A DNA stretch of 64,000 nt from Thermoanaerobaculia bacterium (GTDB lineage Bacteria > Acidobacteriota > Thermoanaerobaculia > Multivoradales > Multivoraceae): assembly GCA_942492505.1 (NCBI GenBank), contig CALOFD010000042.1:42188-106187 (forward strand). The letters run 5' to 3'. How positions within the stretch are numbered: position 1 is the first letter of the stretch; each line of letters opens with the position of its first letter. The position numbers and the translations under genes were made by a program. A model generated the notes under the pieces. That model did not search any database. It saw only the letters and a program-made list of their open reading frames with translations, and was not told the DNA's origin. Shown in pieces: positions 17,834 through 26,909 of this stretch.

Positions 17834-19519
17834 CTAGAATCCGAGGCCGAGCCCGAGATGGGCGGCCAGCAAGTCGATGAGTCCCCAACCGGTGTCGTTG
17901 TCGAAGCCCGGCGCGCCGACGTCACGTGTCGTCAGCCGCAGGACCTCCCGGATCGCCGCCGGCGGATAGCCGTTGGCGATCAACAGTGCCGCCGCAGCGG
18001 CTGCCTGGGGAGCCGCCATGGAGGTTCCCACCGAGTAATACCCCCCCAGCTCCGCCGAGCCGGCGACGGGATCGAAGACGAAACTGAGTCCCAACGAGGC
18101 ATCCACGAACATCGGATCGCTGGTGGAGCCGAAGTCACCGACCGGTGCGGACAACTCGACCTCCGGGCCGTAGCTCGAATAGTCGGCGCGGTTGTCGTCG
18201 AAGTCGGTGGCGGCGACCGCGACCACTTCGTCGTAGGCGGCCGGATAGTCGACCTCGCCGGCGAACCCGGGCTCGTCACCGCTGTTGCCCGACGCGGCAA
18301 AGATCAGGACACCCGCCGCCGCCGCTCGACGGACGGCGGTCTGCATGACCGAACTCGGAGCGCCGCCACCGAGGCTCATGTTGATCACGTCGGCGCCATT
18401 GTCGGTGGCGAAGTTGATGGCGTCGGCGATGTCGGAGGCGAAACCTCCGAAGGGGCCGAGAGCCCGCAGGGGCATCAGGACCGCACTCGAGGCGATCGAC
18501 GCCATCGCGAAGTCGTTGTCGGTCTGCGCCAGGATCTGAGAGGCCACGAAGGTGCCGTGTCCGAAGCGCGGCGAATCGACACCGCCGAAGGCAGCACCCT
18601 CATCCCACGGCTCGGCATCGTCGTCCCAGAAGTCCCACCCGGGAACCGTTCTCGAACGGTCCATGTCCGGCATCGTGAAGTTCGGGAAGAAATTGGCCGG
18701 ACCGACCGCCACGCCCGAGTCGATGACCGCCACCACCACACCGCCGGCACGCCCGAGGTTGTAGGGCAGGGCCCGCTGCAGATTGATGCGATCGAGCTGC
18801 CACTGTTCGGGCGCCCACGTGTCATTGAGGGTCACCGGTGGCAGCAGCGAGGGATCGACGTCGGCAGCGGCTACCGCCGTCATCGACGGATAGACCATCG
18901 GATCGAGTTCCGCCCACAGCACTCCGCTCATCCCGCTGGCGCGGGCGAGGAGCGCCTCGGCGGTATCGCCCTCGGCGACTTCCAACCGGGTGTAGGCACT
19001 GCGTTCGGAGAACGACGAGCCACTGGCGCCGACCGAGTCGGCGAGTTGAACTCGCTGCCAGGCCGGGATCGACGGATCGAATCCGACGAGGATGTGCCCC
19101 GGGGCGTACATCGCGCGCCCGGCACGACTGAACATCGAAGCCCGACGAATCGTCAGTTGCCGATCGCTGGCTGGCGAGTTGTTCCTGGCGGCAACGCGTG
19201 CTGCCTTGCGCTCGATGCGCGCGGCCCGCTTGGCGCGTCGCTCGGCCTGGCGTGCAGCCTTGGCCTTGCGCCAGCCGGAGTTGGCTTTCGCGGCACGATT
19301 CGCCGCAACCCGCGCACGTCGCTCGGCCTGACGCGCGGCTCTCGCCTGACGCCAGCCGGAGTTGGCTTTCGCCTCGAGACGAGCGGCCACGCGCGCCTTT
19401 CGCGCTGCCTGACGCTCCGATCGGCTCTCAGCGACCGCCCCGGTCGCGAACGTCGCGCCGAGAACCAACACCAGGAGTCCAGACCTCCACTTGTTCGATA
19501 GACATCTCATCGTCGGCAT
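17834..19519 (-). CDS. Secreted subtilisin-like serine protease (S8) with an unusual Arg/Ala/Lys-rich N-terminal repeat region
   Basis: Signal peptide MRCLSNKWRSGLLVLVLGATFATGAVA. Catalytic triad in AVIDSGV (Asp), HGTFVAS (His) and GTSMAAPQAAAAAALL (Ser). N-terminal 27-aa repeats are of the form ARVAA.RAAKANSGWR.A.AARQAERR. Confidence 0.8.
   Translation of the reverse strand: MPTMRCLSNKWRSGLLVLVLGATFATGAVAESRSERQAARKARVAARLEAKANSGWRQARAARQAERRARVAANRAAKANSGWRKAKAARQAERRAKRAARIERKAARVAARNNSPASDRQLTIRRASMFSRAGRAMYAPGHILVGFDPSIPAWQRVQLADSVGASGSSFSERSAYTRLEVAEGDTAEALLARASGMSGVLWAELDPMVYPSMTAVAAADVDPSLLPPVTLNDTWAPEQWQLDRINLQRALPYNLGRAGGVVVAVIDSGVAVGPANFFPNFTMPDMDRSRTVPGWDFWDDDAEPWDEGAAFGGVDSPRFGHGTFVASQILAQTDNDFAMASIASSAVLMPLRALGPFGGFASDIADAINFATDNGADVINMSLGGGAPSSVMQTAVRRAAAAGVLIFAASGNSGDEPGFAGEVDYPAAYDEVVAVAATDFDDNRADYSSYGPEVELSAPVGDFGSTSDPMFVDASLGLSFVFDPVAGSAELGGYYSVGTSMAAPQAAAAAALLIANGYPPAAIREVLRLTTRDVGAPGFDNDTGWGLIDLLAAHLGLGLGF
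19195..19440. repeat. 81-bp tandem direct repeats (about 3 copies) inside the subtilisin N-terminal coding region
   Basis: gccagccggagttggctttcgc recurs at 19271-19292 and 19352-19373 with conserved flanks. The repeats encode the 27-aa basic repeats. Confidence 0.7.
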
Positions 19520-19862
19520 CTCCAATTCTCCATCTCGCGGCTCCCCCTCCCGGGTCGCCACGACGAGTGCATCGTGAGGCGGTGTGAGAGGACATTCTCA
19601 CAACACCTCGTCGGATGGCAAAGCCATCTCCGGCGAGGATCGACCCTCGAAATAGATCGTTCGCGTATGGCCCAACCGCCTCCACGCAGGAGGCGACCTC
19701 GGCCTTGGAGAGCCGGGCGACACCACCCTGATCGTCGCCGTTCCGCAGGCTGGAGAAGAAACAGGAGGAAAACAGGAGGAGAAGAGGAGAAAAACAGGAG
19801 GACTCGCCCGACCCGAAAGCTAGATCATCGTCAACTTCACCACCTCAAAGTCGGAGATCACC

Positions 19863-21026
19863 ATGCAGCGAGCCTTTCAAACCACTTGCACCACCTCACG
19901 GCGTGGACTACGGATCCTGGCCTTGCTGGCGGCGACGGGCCTCACAGTGGGCTCCGAGACGCCCCTTCAAGCCAACGGTGGCACGTCCCACATCATCGTC
20001 GGTCTCGAGGCCCGCAATCGCGTTCGCAGCAAGGCACTCAAAACCATCCTCGAGAAGCATCGCACTGCCTTCACGATCGGCGTCGTTCACCCCGACGTCT
20101 ACCGACACGTGAGACCCCTCGCCGTCGAGTGCGGCGAGAACGGGAACCAGAAGTGCACGGGAGACGGACACATCGATCCAGATCGGCCGGACAAGAACTG
20201 GATCAACGCCTACTTCGAACTCATCGAGGAACGAGAGCCGGGGGAGAACCTCGGAATCCAGAAAGCCTTCCTCTACGGAGCGATCGCACACATCGTCAAC
20301 GACGCCCACTTCGACCCCTCTTTCGTCAATCCGACCTCCAGCCACGACACCATCGCCAACCGGTGCGTGATCCGGGAACCGGATGACGACATTCGAGAGC
20401 GGGGCCCGTGGGAAGCCGGCTTCCATTCCGACATCGAACTCGACATCTGTCTCGCTGGGAAGCTCCAGGGGAAACGCGTCTATGACGGGAAGATTCGACG
20501 GTTCTGCAACAACATCGGGAACCTCGACGCCTTCGTGAACCGATGGGGAGACATCTACCTGCTCGAGGCCGACAAGGCGAGAGTCCGAAACATGGCTTTG
20601 CAGGCCTACGAACGAGCCGGCATTCCGATCCAGAAGCGGAAGAGTTTGAACCAGGAATCTGCCGAGATCTGGGGAGACGCTCCAACAGGTACCCTCATCC
20701 CCAGAGCCCTCAAGCTACTGCCAAAAACTCCAACGAAAAGCCTGAACGGTATCTGGGAACGATGGTCGGAGAAGGACGCCGACAACAACGACGAATGGCA
20801 GCCTGCCGATCGGCCTTCGGGCAAGTGCGCCTTTTCCAGGCTCCAATTTCGGAGGTCTCTCGAGGAAGAAGCGGACCTCGCCGGCTACTTCATCCGCAAG
20901 ACCGACGACGCCATCAAACGCATGAGGGAAGGGGAAGGCCGGCATTCCCACCCTCACCAAGATCAGCAATCGACAGGTCGTTCTGAGACAGGGGCCGACG
21001 CCCGGGCTGATCGCCACGGAAGATGA
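19863..21026 (+). CDS. Secreted hypothetical protein (possible Tat signal TSRRGLRILALLAA) with His/Asp-rich motifs suggesting a metal-dependent hydrolase. Sits in a lower-GC segment.
   Basis: 387-aa ORF with coding-like composition. GC3 is about 75% versus about 90% in neighbouring genes. The motif YGAIAHIVNDAHFDP resembles the GxxxHxxxD region of zinc-dependent phospholipase C / S1-P1 nuclease folds, but this is not a confident match. Confidence 0.45.
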   Translation: MQRAFQTTCTTSRRGLRILALLAATGLTVGSETPLQANGGTSHIIVGLEARNRVRSKALKTILEKHRTAFTIGVVHPDVYRHVRPLAVECGENGNQKCTGDGHIDPDRPDKNWINAYFELIEEREPGENLGIQKAFLYGAIAHIVNDAHFDPSFVNPTSSHDTIANRCVIREPDDDIRERGPWEAGFHSDIELDICLAGKLQGKRVYDGKIRRFCNNIGNLDAFVNRWGDIYLLEADKARVRNMALQAYERAGIPIQKRKSLNQESAEIWGDAPTGTLIPRALKLLPKTPTKSLNGIWERWSEKDADNNDEWQPADRPSGKCAFSRLQFRRSLEEEADLAGYFIRKTDDAIKRMREGEGRHSHPHQDQQSTGRSETGADARADRHGR

Positions 21027-21269
21027 CCCCATTTTCGCCTGCACTGACCCGAAAGCCGGGAAGTTGACCGAATGTAGCGACAAGACCGGCTTCTAGACCG
21101 CGAAAGCCACCCCCCAGCGGACCCACGAGGAGACCGCTGCTTCCAGTCGAAGCTGTAGCTGATCCCTCTCCAAGGGGGTACTCGGGGAGATAGGATGCTT
21201 CCCCGTGCATCCTGATCTGCCTCCCTTGTCGCCGCAGCGTGCGCTCTCCTCATCGCCGGGGTTCCCGGC

Positions 21270-23703
21270 GTGAGCCCCGAGACGTCCCAGACGCCTTCGG
21301 GGCGCTATCGACTCGGGGATTTCGAAGTCGTCTCGGACCTCAACGTGCTGCTCTCGGACCAGGGTGAGCTGCGTCTCGAGCCCGCCACCATGAATGTCCT
21401 GGTGTACCTGATCGAGAACGCCCCACGAGTCGTTCCGGCAAGTGAACTCCTCGACCAACTGTGGCCCGATGTCGCGGTCGAAGAGAGCACCAGTCATCGC
21501 CGCATCAGCCAACTGCGTCAGGCGTTGGGTGACAACGCGCGGGATCCGAGTTACATCGAGACCGTCACCAAGCGCGGCTACCGCGTCATCGCACCGATCA
21601 TCCCCATTGATCCCGAGCGGGAGGATCCACCAACCGTCGCCGAGGAGGCCCCGGCCCCTGAGTTCGAATCGACCCTGAAGCCGGCTGTCCAGGAGGCTGC
21701 CGCGGCAGGCACCAGGAAAGTCCGGCGCCCGATCGCCACGGCCCTGGCGGTCGCAGCGGCCATCGGCCTGGCACTCTTCGGGGGTTGGAGGCTCCTTTCG
21801 AATGGATCCGATCCCGGTCCGAAGCCGAACGCCGTCCAGGAAGAGATCACGATCGCGGTCCTCCCCTTCGACGACTTCAGCCCCTCCCCCGACGACCAGT
21901 ACCTGGCGGCCGGCTTCCACGAAGACATCCTCTCGAGCCTGGCCCAACTCGACGAACTGCGGGTGACCTCGAGAACCAGCGTGACCCACTACACCGGATC
22001 GACGCTGTCGCTACCCGAGATCGCCCACGAACTCGGAGTGGCCTACATCCTCGAAGGCAGCGTCCGGCGGGTCGACGATCAGCTCAGGATCTCGATGCAG
22101 CTGATCGAGGCCGAGAACGACGACCACCTGTGGGCCGAGACCTACGATCGCCGGCTCGGCGATCTCTTCGCGCTCCAGAGCGAGATCGCCGAAGACGTCG
22201 CCGACCAGCTCTCGATTCGGCTCACCACGGATTCGGCAGCCATCCTGGCTCGCTTCCCCACGTCACAGATCGACGCCTACGAACTGGTGCTCGAGGGCCG
22301 CGCCCTGATTCGGGCAGGCAGCAGGGCCGATCTCGTTCAAGCTGTCGCGGTCTTCGAGGAAGCCCGGCGCCGTGACCCGATGCTCGCCGAGGCCCATGCC
22401 GGGCTGGCGGAGGCCCTGTTCCTGCAGAGTTTCAGCGGCGCCGAATGGCCCGACCTTCGCGATACCAGCCTTGCCAGCATTCGACGCGCACTCGAGATCG
22501 ACCCCGGGTCTGCCCAGGCTCATCGCATCTACGCCCACATCTCCTCCGTATGGGAGAACCGCGATGACCTCGCGGAGACTCACTACCAGAAGGCTCTCCA
22601 ACTCGAGCCCGACAACACCGACACCCTGGTCGCCTACTATGGCGGCTTCACCACGATCCACCAGGGAAACCCGGCGAAGGCGCTCCCCCACCCTCGAACG
22701 GGCACTCCTGCTCGACCCCTTGAGTCCCGACGTTCGCTTCTACCTGGGGCGGACCCTGGTCGATCTCAACCGAGCCGACGAAGCCTCTGCGCTCGTCTCG
22801 CGCGGTCTTCGGGCGGCGCCGGAGTCCATTCAGCTCCTGGATCTCCAGACCGCGCTCGAGTTCCGCAAGGGCAACCTCTTCAATTACATCGGAGGCCTAC
22901 AGAAGCTGATCCAGGCGGACCCGGCCTTCAGCGAACTGCTGGCCAACACGGCCTCCCTCCTCCTGGCGATCGGCGAAACCGAGGGAGCCCGTCGCTGGGT
23001 GCAGAGACTCGAAGACGCCAGCCCTTCCCACCCGGAGACGTTCGGGATCCTGCGAGTGATGGCCATCGTCGAACGAGACGTCGAGGGTCTCGAACAGGTC
23101 CTGTCGCGATGGCAGACCCTGAACTCCGATCGGCGACTCGAGAGGACGTCGGAGGGCGTCGGCGTTGACTTCGGAACCAGCACGCGGGCCTCCCTTCTCA
23201 CTCTGCAGGCCGACCTGGCTCACCTCGACGGTCGCCTCGATGACGAGAGCGATCTTCGCAAGAGTGCGGTCGAGGTTGCCACCCCTGTCTTGATGGGATC
23301 CGACGGATCGCTGAAGCTCTCGATCGAGACCATCCCAGTCGCGCTCACTCAGACGGAAAATCTCCTGCAACTAAGCGAGGCCCGCCAGGCCGATCTGCTC
23401 CTCGAGGCGATCCTCGACTACAACGACTCCTACGACGAACTGGTCAGTTTCCGATTCGCCGCCCTGACGCTGGCCGACGGCAAGCAGGCTGCCCTGGAAT
23501 TCGTGGAAACCAAGGTCGCGAACGTGCACTTCTTGCCCATGCTCGACCGTATCCGCGACAACCCGTTCGGCCTGTACGACGACCTTGCTGCCGATCCTCG
23601 CTTCCTCGCCTTCCATGACGCGGTCGAAGACCGTTACCGGGCGCTTCGCGAGCGTCTGCGGGCGGAGCTGCCCCAGATGCTCGACGCCACGGTCGGCCTC
23701 TGA
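21270..23703 (+). CDS. CadC/BTAD-like membrane-anchored transcriptional regulator (OmpR-type winged helix, TM, TolB-like domain, TPR), interrupted by an apparent +1 frameshift near 22685
   Basis: GTG start. The wHTH shows as NVLVYLIENAPRVV..ETVTKRGYRVIAP, the TM as IATALAVAAAIGLALFGGW, the TolB-like N-terminal domain as ITIAVLPFDDFS, then TPR repeats. Coding continues in the frame of ORF 22372..23703 from ..TLERALLLDPLSPDVRFYLGRTL. The junction sits on a C5 run (gcgctcccccaccctcg). Confidence 0.65.
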
Positions 23704-23774
23704 GCGATCCCGTCACGGCACCGCTGAGCCTCCACCCGGTGCCTCCCGGCATCGACCGCTGCTAGCATCGTCCC

Positions 23775-25028
23775 TTGCTCGAACTCGCCGACATCTACGC
23801 CGCCCGGGATCGCATCCAGAACAGTGTCTACTGTTCGCCCTGCGCCTTTTCCCAGACGTTCTCGAAACGCTGCGACACCAAGGCGTACTTCAAGCTCGAG
23901 AACCTGCAGATGACCGGCTCCTTCAAGGAGCGGGGCGCGCTCAATCGGATTCTCGAACTCGACGACGCCGAGCGGGCCCGTGGCGTGGTGGCTGCGTCGG
24001 CCGGCAACCACGCCCAGGCAGTGGCCTACCACGCCCGCCAGGCCGGCATCTCCGCAACCATCTTCATGCCGCGGCGCACTCCGCTGATCAAGATCGCCAA
24101 CACGCGCAGCTACGGCGCCAGGGTGATTCTCGAAGGGGACAGCTTCGACGAAGCCTACGCAGCGGCGGCGGATCTCGAACGACAGGAGAATCGCGTCTTC
24201 GTTCATCCCTTCGACGACGACGCCGTGATCGCTGGCCAGGGAACCGTGGGCCTGGAGATCCTGGAGCAGGTCCCGGACGTCGAGGTGGTGGTCGTACCCA
24301 TCGGCGGCGGAGGTCTGATCTCGGGCATCGCGATCGCCATGAAAGCCCTGCGGCCGGAGATTCAGATCATCGGAGTCCAGGCCGCCGCCGTGCCGTCGAT
24401 GCGGGAAAGCGTCCGCTCCGGCTGTCGCGAGACCGTCGAGAATCGCGACACGATCGCCGACGGCATCGCCGTCAAACGCCCCGGCGAGAGGACCCTTCGA
24501 TACGTCGAGCGCTACGTCGACGACATCGTCTGTGTGAGCGAGAACGAGATCGCCAACGCCATCCTGCTGCTGCTCGAACGCGAGAAGACCGTGGTCGAAG
24601 GAGCGGGCGCCGTGGGGCTGGCCGCGGTCGCCAACGGCCACATCCCGGCGGTCATCGGGAAGCGCACCGTGATGGTGCTCTCGGGCGGCAACATCGACGT
24701 CAACCTGCTGTCGCGCATCATCGAGCGCGGCCTGGCGAAGGACGGTCGGCTGGTCAAGATCGAGGCCACCATCCAGGACGAACCCGGCGCCCTGGCCAAG
24801 CTCCTCCAACAGGTCGCGGCTGAAGGCGCCAACGTGATCGAGGTCCACCACAACCGCGCGTTCAACGAACTCGGCCTGGCGAAGGTCACGGTGGCGCTCA
24901 CTCTCGAGACGCGCGGACGCGACCACCTGCTGAAACTCACGGCCTCACTCAAGGCCTCCGGCTTCTCGCTCCACAATATGGGCGGGGCAACGCTGCAGGC
25001 GACGTTCGACGAGTCCGAGCCGCGCTGA
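23775..25028 (+). CDS. ilvA: Threonine dehydratase (PLP-dependent, with C-terminal ACT-like regulatory domain)
   Basis: TGSFKERGA lysine motif, GNHAQAVAYHA, and the glycine loop PIGGGGLISG. 417 aa, with a TTG start in the listed ORF. Confidence 0.85.
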   Translation: MLELADIYAARDRIQNSVYCSPCAFSQTFSKRCDTKAYFKLENLQMTGSFKERGALNRILELDDAERARGVVAASAGNHAQAVAYHARQAGISATIFMPRRTPLIKIANTRSYGARVILEGDSFDEAYAAAADLERQENRVFVHPFDDDAVIAGQGTVGLEILEQVPDVEVVVVPIGGGGLISGIAIAMKALRPEIQIIGVQAAAVPSMRESVRSGCRETVENRDTIADGIAVKRPGERTLRYVERYVDDIVCVSENEIANAILLLLEREKTVVEGAGAVGLAAVANGHIPAVIGKRTVMVLSGGNIDVNLLSRIIERGLAKDGRLVKIEATIQDEPGALAKLLQQVAAEGANVIEVHHNRAFNELGLAKVTVALTLETRGRDHLLKLTASLKASGFSLHNMGGATLQATFDESEPR

Positions 25029-25054
25029 GTCCCCGGGCCGGCAGCGCCCCGACT

Positions 25055-26818
25055 CTAGGCCAGCGGTTCGCTGCTGACCGCGACCTTCAGGTACATCTGC
25101 TCGTTGAACTGCTCGTGACGGACCTCCGCTGCCAGTGAATGCAGCAAACGCAGACTGATGTCGTCTTCCGTCGGAGCCTCGTCGTGCTCGACGGCCGAGA
25201 GCAGGGCCTGCAGGTTCTCCGAGCCCGGACCGCAGCCGAACTCCAGAACCACCAGACCGTCCTCCTCGCTGGCCGCCAACCGAATCGGCAGCTCCTGGTC
25301 GGAGCGTAGGGACCGAACGGCTTCGATCAGGAACAGCAGCGCCTCTTCTCCGGCGAGTTGCAAGCGCGCGGTGGCCGGGGCATCCCATCCCGCCAGCTGG
25401 GCCCGCTCCGCGAGGAAATCGCCGAGCGGCGTGACCGAGGCCTCGCTGGCCGGCAACTCCAGGCGCGCCCGCGACGGTCGGCGGATCGCCAACATGCCGG
25501 TCAGGATCACGGCGCACAGGCCCCCCGAGGTCATTCCGTTGCCGAGCAACACGTAGACCGAGTCGGGAATCTGGTCGGGGAAGATCAGCCGGTTCTGGAA
25601 GCCGATCCCGATCCAGAACGACATGCAGACAACGAAACCGTCTTCGTAGGACAGTCCGCCTTCCGACACGAGGCGCAGCCCGTGAGCGAAGAGGAAGACC
25701 AGCAGCACGAGCACGTAGGCACCCACCACGGCGTCGGGCACCGACTGGATCAACGCCGAAGCCTTCGGCAGCAGGGCCAGCACCATGATCAGCGCACCGC
25801 CGTAGAGCCCGACCCTGCGAGCTGCCACACCCGTCACATCGACCACCGACAGACTCGTCGAGTAGGTGGTGTTCGGCAACGTGCCCAGCAAACCGGAGAG
25901 TAGATTCCCCATCCCGTCCGCGTTGACGGCACCCTGCACCCGGCGATGATCCAACGGCCGCTGCGTTCTCGACGAAAGACGCTGGATCGCCACGCCGTCG
26001 CCGTAGGTCTCGATGGCGCCGACGATCGTCACCAGGATGAACGCCGGCAGCAGGCCCCAGAGCCGAGCGTCGAAGGAAAGATCGAGACCCGGCCAGCCCG
26101 ACGTCGGCAGACCGAACCAGCCGGCGTCACGAACGAGCGACAAGTCGAGCAGTCCGGTGAAGGCGGCGGTGACACAGCCCACCACGACTCCGAGCAGGGG
26201 TCCCCACAGTCGCAGCTGACCCTTCGAGAAGAGTGAGATCGAGACCACGATCACGAAGGTCACGACGGCCGGGATGAATCCGATCATCGAGCCCTCGGGC
26301 GTCCCTTCGGGCAGCGACGTCAGTCGACCGAAGCAGATCGGATACACCGAGACCGCGATCAACATCACGACGGTGCCGCCGACCGTCGGCGTGATCACCG
26401 AACGCATGCGCGCCAGGTTCATCGAGAACAGGAACTGCACGAGAGCCGACAGGGCCACAAGAGTTCCCAGCAGGGGCAGCCCACCCTTCGTCACGGCGGA
26501 GGTCGACACGGCGATGAAGGCGCCCGACGTGCCCATGAAGAGCACGTACCCCGCTCCGATGGGTCCGATCGGATAGGCCTGCAGGATGGTCACGGCGCCA
26601 CTGACCAGCAGGGCCGCGAAGACAGCCCACGCCATTTCGTCGGCACTGGCGCCGGCGGCACGAAGGACGATCACCGGCACCAGCACGATGCCGGCAACGA
26701 TCAGGAGCACGATCTGGAAGCCGAGAGCCGCCGCCAGGGGGTGCGGAGGTTTCTCGTCGACGTCGTAGCGCAGGCCGTCGGATTCAGTCTTGGTCACGGG
26801 CGTGCGCCGATTCTCCAT
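25055..26818 (-). CDS. NCS2-family (xanthine/uracil) permease with a roughly 140-aa C-terminal cytoplasmic extension showing a degenerate GHKL/anti-sigma-factor-like (RsbW-type) pattern
   Basis: Start at MENRRTPV. About 13 TM segments and the NCS2 signature LPNTTYSTSLSVVDVTGVAARRV. The tail ..LAGEEALLFLIEAV..IRLAASEEDGLVVLEFGCGPG..ISLRLLHSLAAEV.. mirrors the RsbW N-box, G1 and G2 layout, but lacks the conserved Asn/His. Confidence 0.7.
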   Translation of the reverse strand: MENRRTPVTKTESDGLRYDVDEKPPHPLAAALGFQIVLLIVAGIVLVPVIVLRAAGASADEMAWAVFAALLVSGAVTILQAYPIGPIGAGYVLFMGTSGAFIAVSTSAVTKGGLPLLGTLVALSALVQFLFSMNLARMRSVITPTVGGTVVMLIAVSVYPICFGRLTSLPEGTPEGSMIGFIPAVVTFVIVVSISLFSKGQLRLWGPLLGVVVGCVTAAFTGLLDLSLVRDAGWFGLPTSGWPGLDLSFDARLWGLLPAFILVTIVGAIETYGDGVAIQRLSSRTQRPLDHRRVQGAVNADGMGNLLSGLLGTLPNTTYSTSLSVVDVTGVAARRVGLYGGALIMVLALLPKASALIQSVPDAVVGAYVLVLLVFLFAHGLRLVSEGGLSYEDGFVVCMSFWIGIGFQNRLIFPDQIPDSVYVLLGNGMTSGGLCAVILTGMLAIRRPSRARLELPASEASVTPLGDFLAERAQLAGWDAPATARLQLAGEEALLFLIEAVRSLRSDQELPIRLAASEEDGLVVLEFGCGPGSENLQALLSAVEHDEAPTEDDISLRLLHSLAAEVRHEQFNEQMYLKVAVSSEPLA

Positions 26819-26909
26819 GAATCCGAGTTCGACAACAACTCGAGGAACGACTGCTGCGCCGGATCCTTGGCAAGGAAGCGCCGCACCCACTCCTGGCCGG
26901 AGGGCGCCG

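Noticed and set aside
19740-19810. GGA-repeat stretch considered as a CsrB/RsmZ-type sRNA gene
   Set aside because: There are only 3-5 motifs in about 50 nt, directly abutting a start codon. It is more plausibly a 5' UTR, so it is reported as a finding and not as an ncRNA feature.
26819-26909. Possible purine riboswitch upstream of the xanthine-family permease
   Set aside because: The gap is only 91 nt. None of the conserved guanine/adenine-aptamer nucleotides or P1/P2/P3 helices are recognisable.
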